This document shows, one piece after another, positions 63,727 to 64,000 of a DNA stretch of 64,000 nt; within the stretch, counting starts at the first letter, position 1, and each line of letters begins with the position of its first letter. The notes below the pieces were generated by a model. It saw only the letters and a list, made by a program, of their open reading frames with translations, made no database searches and was not told the origin of the DNA. A program made the translations under genes and the position numbers. The stretch is taken from positions 320,001 to 384,000 of the forward strand of contig CAWCKY010000006.1 in the NCBI GenBank assembly GCA_963796275.1, given 5' to 3'. The DNA is from an uncultured Acidobacteriota bacterium (GTDB lineage: Bacteria; Acidobacteriota; Blastocatellia; RBC074).

Positions 63727-64000
63727 TTACGGCTTTTCTTCTTTCGGTATGAAATATCCGATAGTCCGATTATCGTCGGTGAAATAAGTATTAGCTACCC
63801 GTTTGATGTCAGCCGATGTGACCTGGGCCATCATCTTCGGTAGATCGACGTAAAACCGCCAATCGGCGACGGCTTCGGCCTCGCCGATCGCGCTGACTAC
63901 ACCGAACGGGCTATCACGCAAATATATTAATTGCGTAAGAATAATGTTCTTTGCTTTTTGCAATTCCTTGTCGGAGACCTCTTCAGTCTTCAGCTTTTCA
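63727..64000 (-). CDS. M16 family peptidase, C-terminal part (starts beyond the window)
   Basis: KELQKAKN..VTSADIKRVANTYF..NRTIG C-terminus. Ends 2 bp upstream of the partner subunit. Confidence 0.8.
   Translation of the reverse strand, partial: EKLKTEEVSDKELQKAKNIILTQLIYLRDSPFGVVSAIGEAEAVADWRFYVDLPKMMAQVTSADIKRVANTYFTDDNRTIGYFIPKEEKP

Overview
Bacterial chromosomal segment. Gene content (ADOP permease, Oar-like TonB-dependent receptor, DUF1549/DUF1553 + DUF1501 pair) suggests Acidobacteriota; this is an inference. Family assignments are by eye from motifs, with no database search. 1-6471: one reading frame of at least 2157 aa, missed by the ORF track, fusing TamB to an Omp85 TamA/BamA-type protein. 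6.8-29.7 kb: a membrane/stress cluster (SLC13, AbgT, two M17 aminopeptidases, glutaminase, DUF1269, DUF3618, two MscS, YihY, DUF1206, AI-2E, BASS), followed by a TonB-dependent receptor. The main candidate for a new system is a tightly coupled four-gene operon at 33542-37566 (minus strand). It encodes two paralogous, highly divergent Ku-like proteins, an ATP-dependent DNA ligase with a C-terminal WGR-like domain, and an AEP primase-polymerase fused to a PNKP-like HAD phosphatase. Together these look like a non-canonical NHEJ-type break-repair module with a heterodimeric Ku. Next to it is an MNT-HEPN pair whose toxin carries a nonsense codon. The right half holds a probable selenoprotein (redoxin WASW-U-GCR with a SECIS-like hairpin), housekeeping genes (lpdA, hemH, M16 peptidases), several gene remnants, and an IS4-family element inserted into a REP-like palindrome whose end is expanded into a 17 x 25-bp tandem array. 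No rRNA, tRNA or CRISPR array was recognised.
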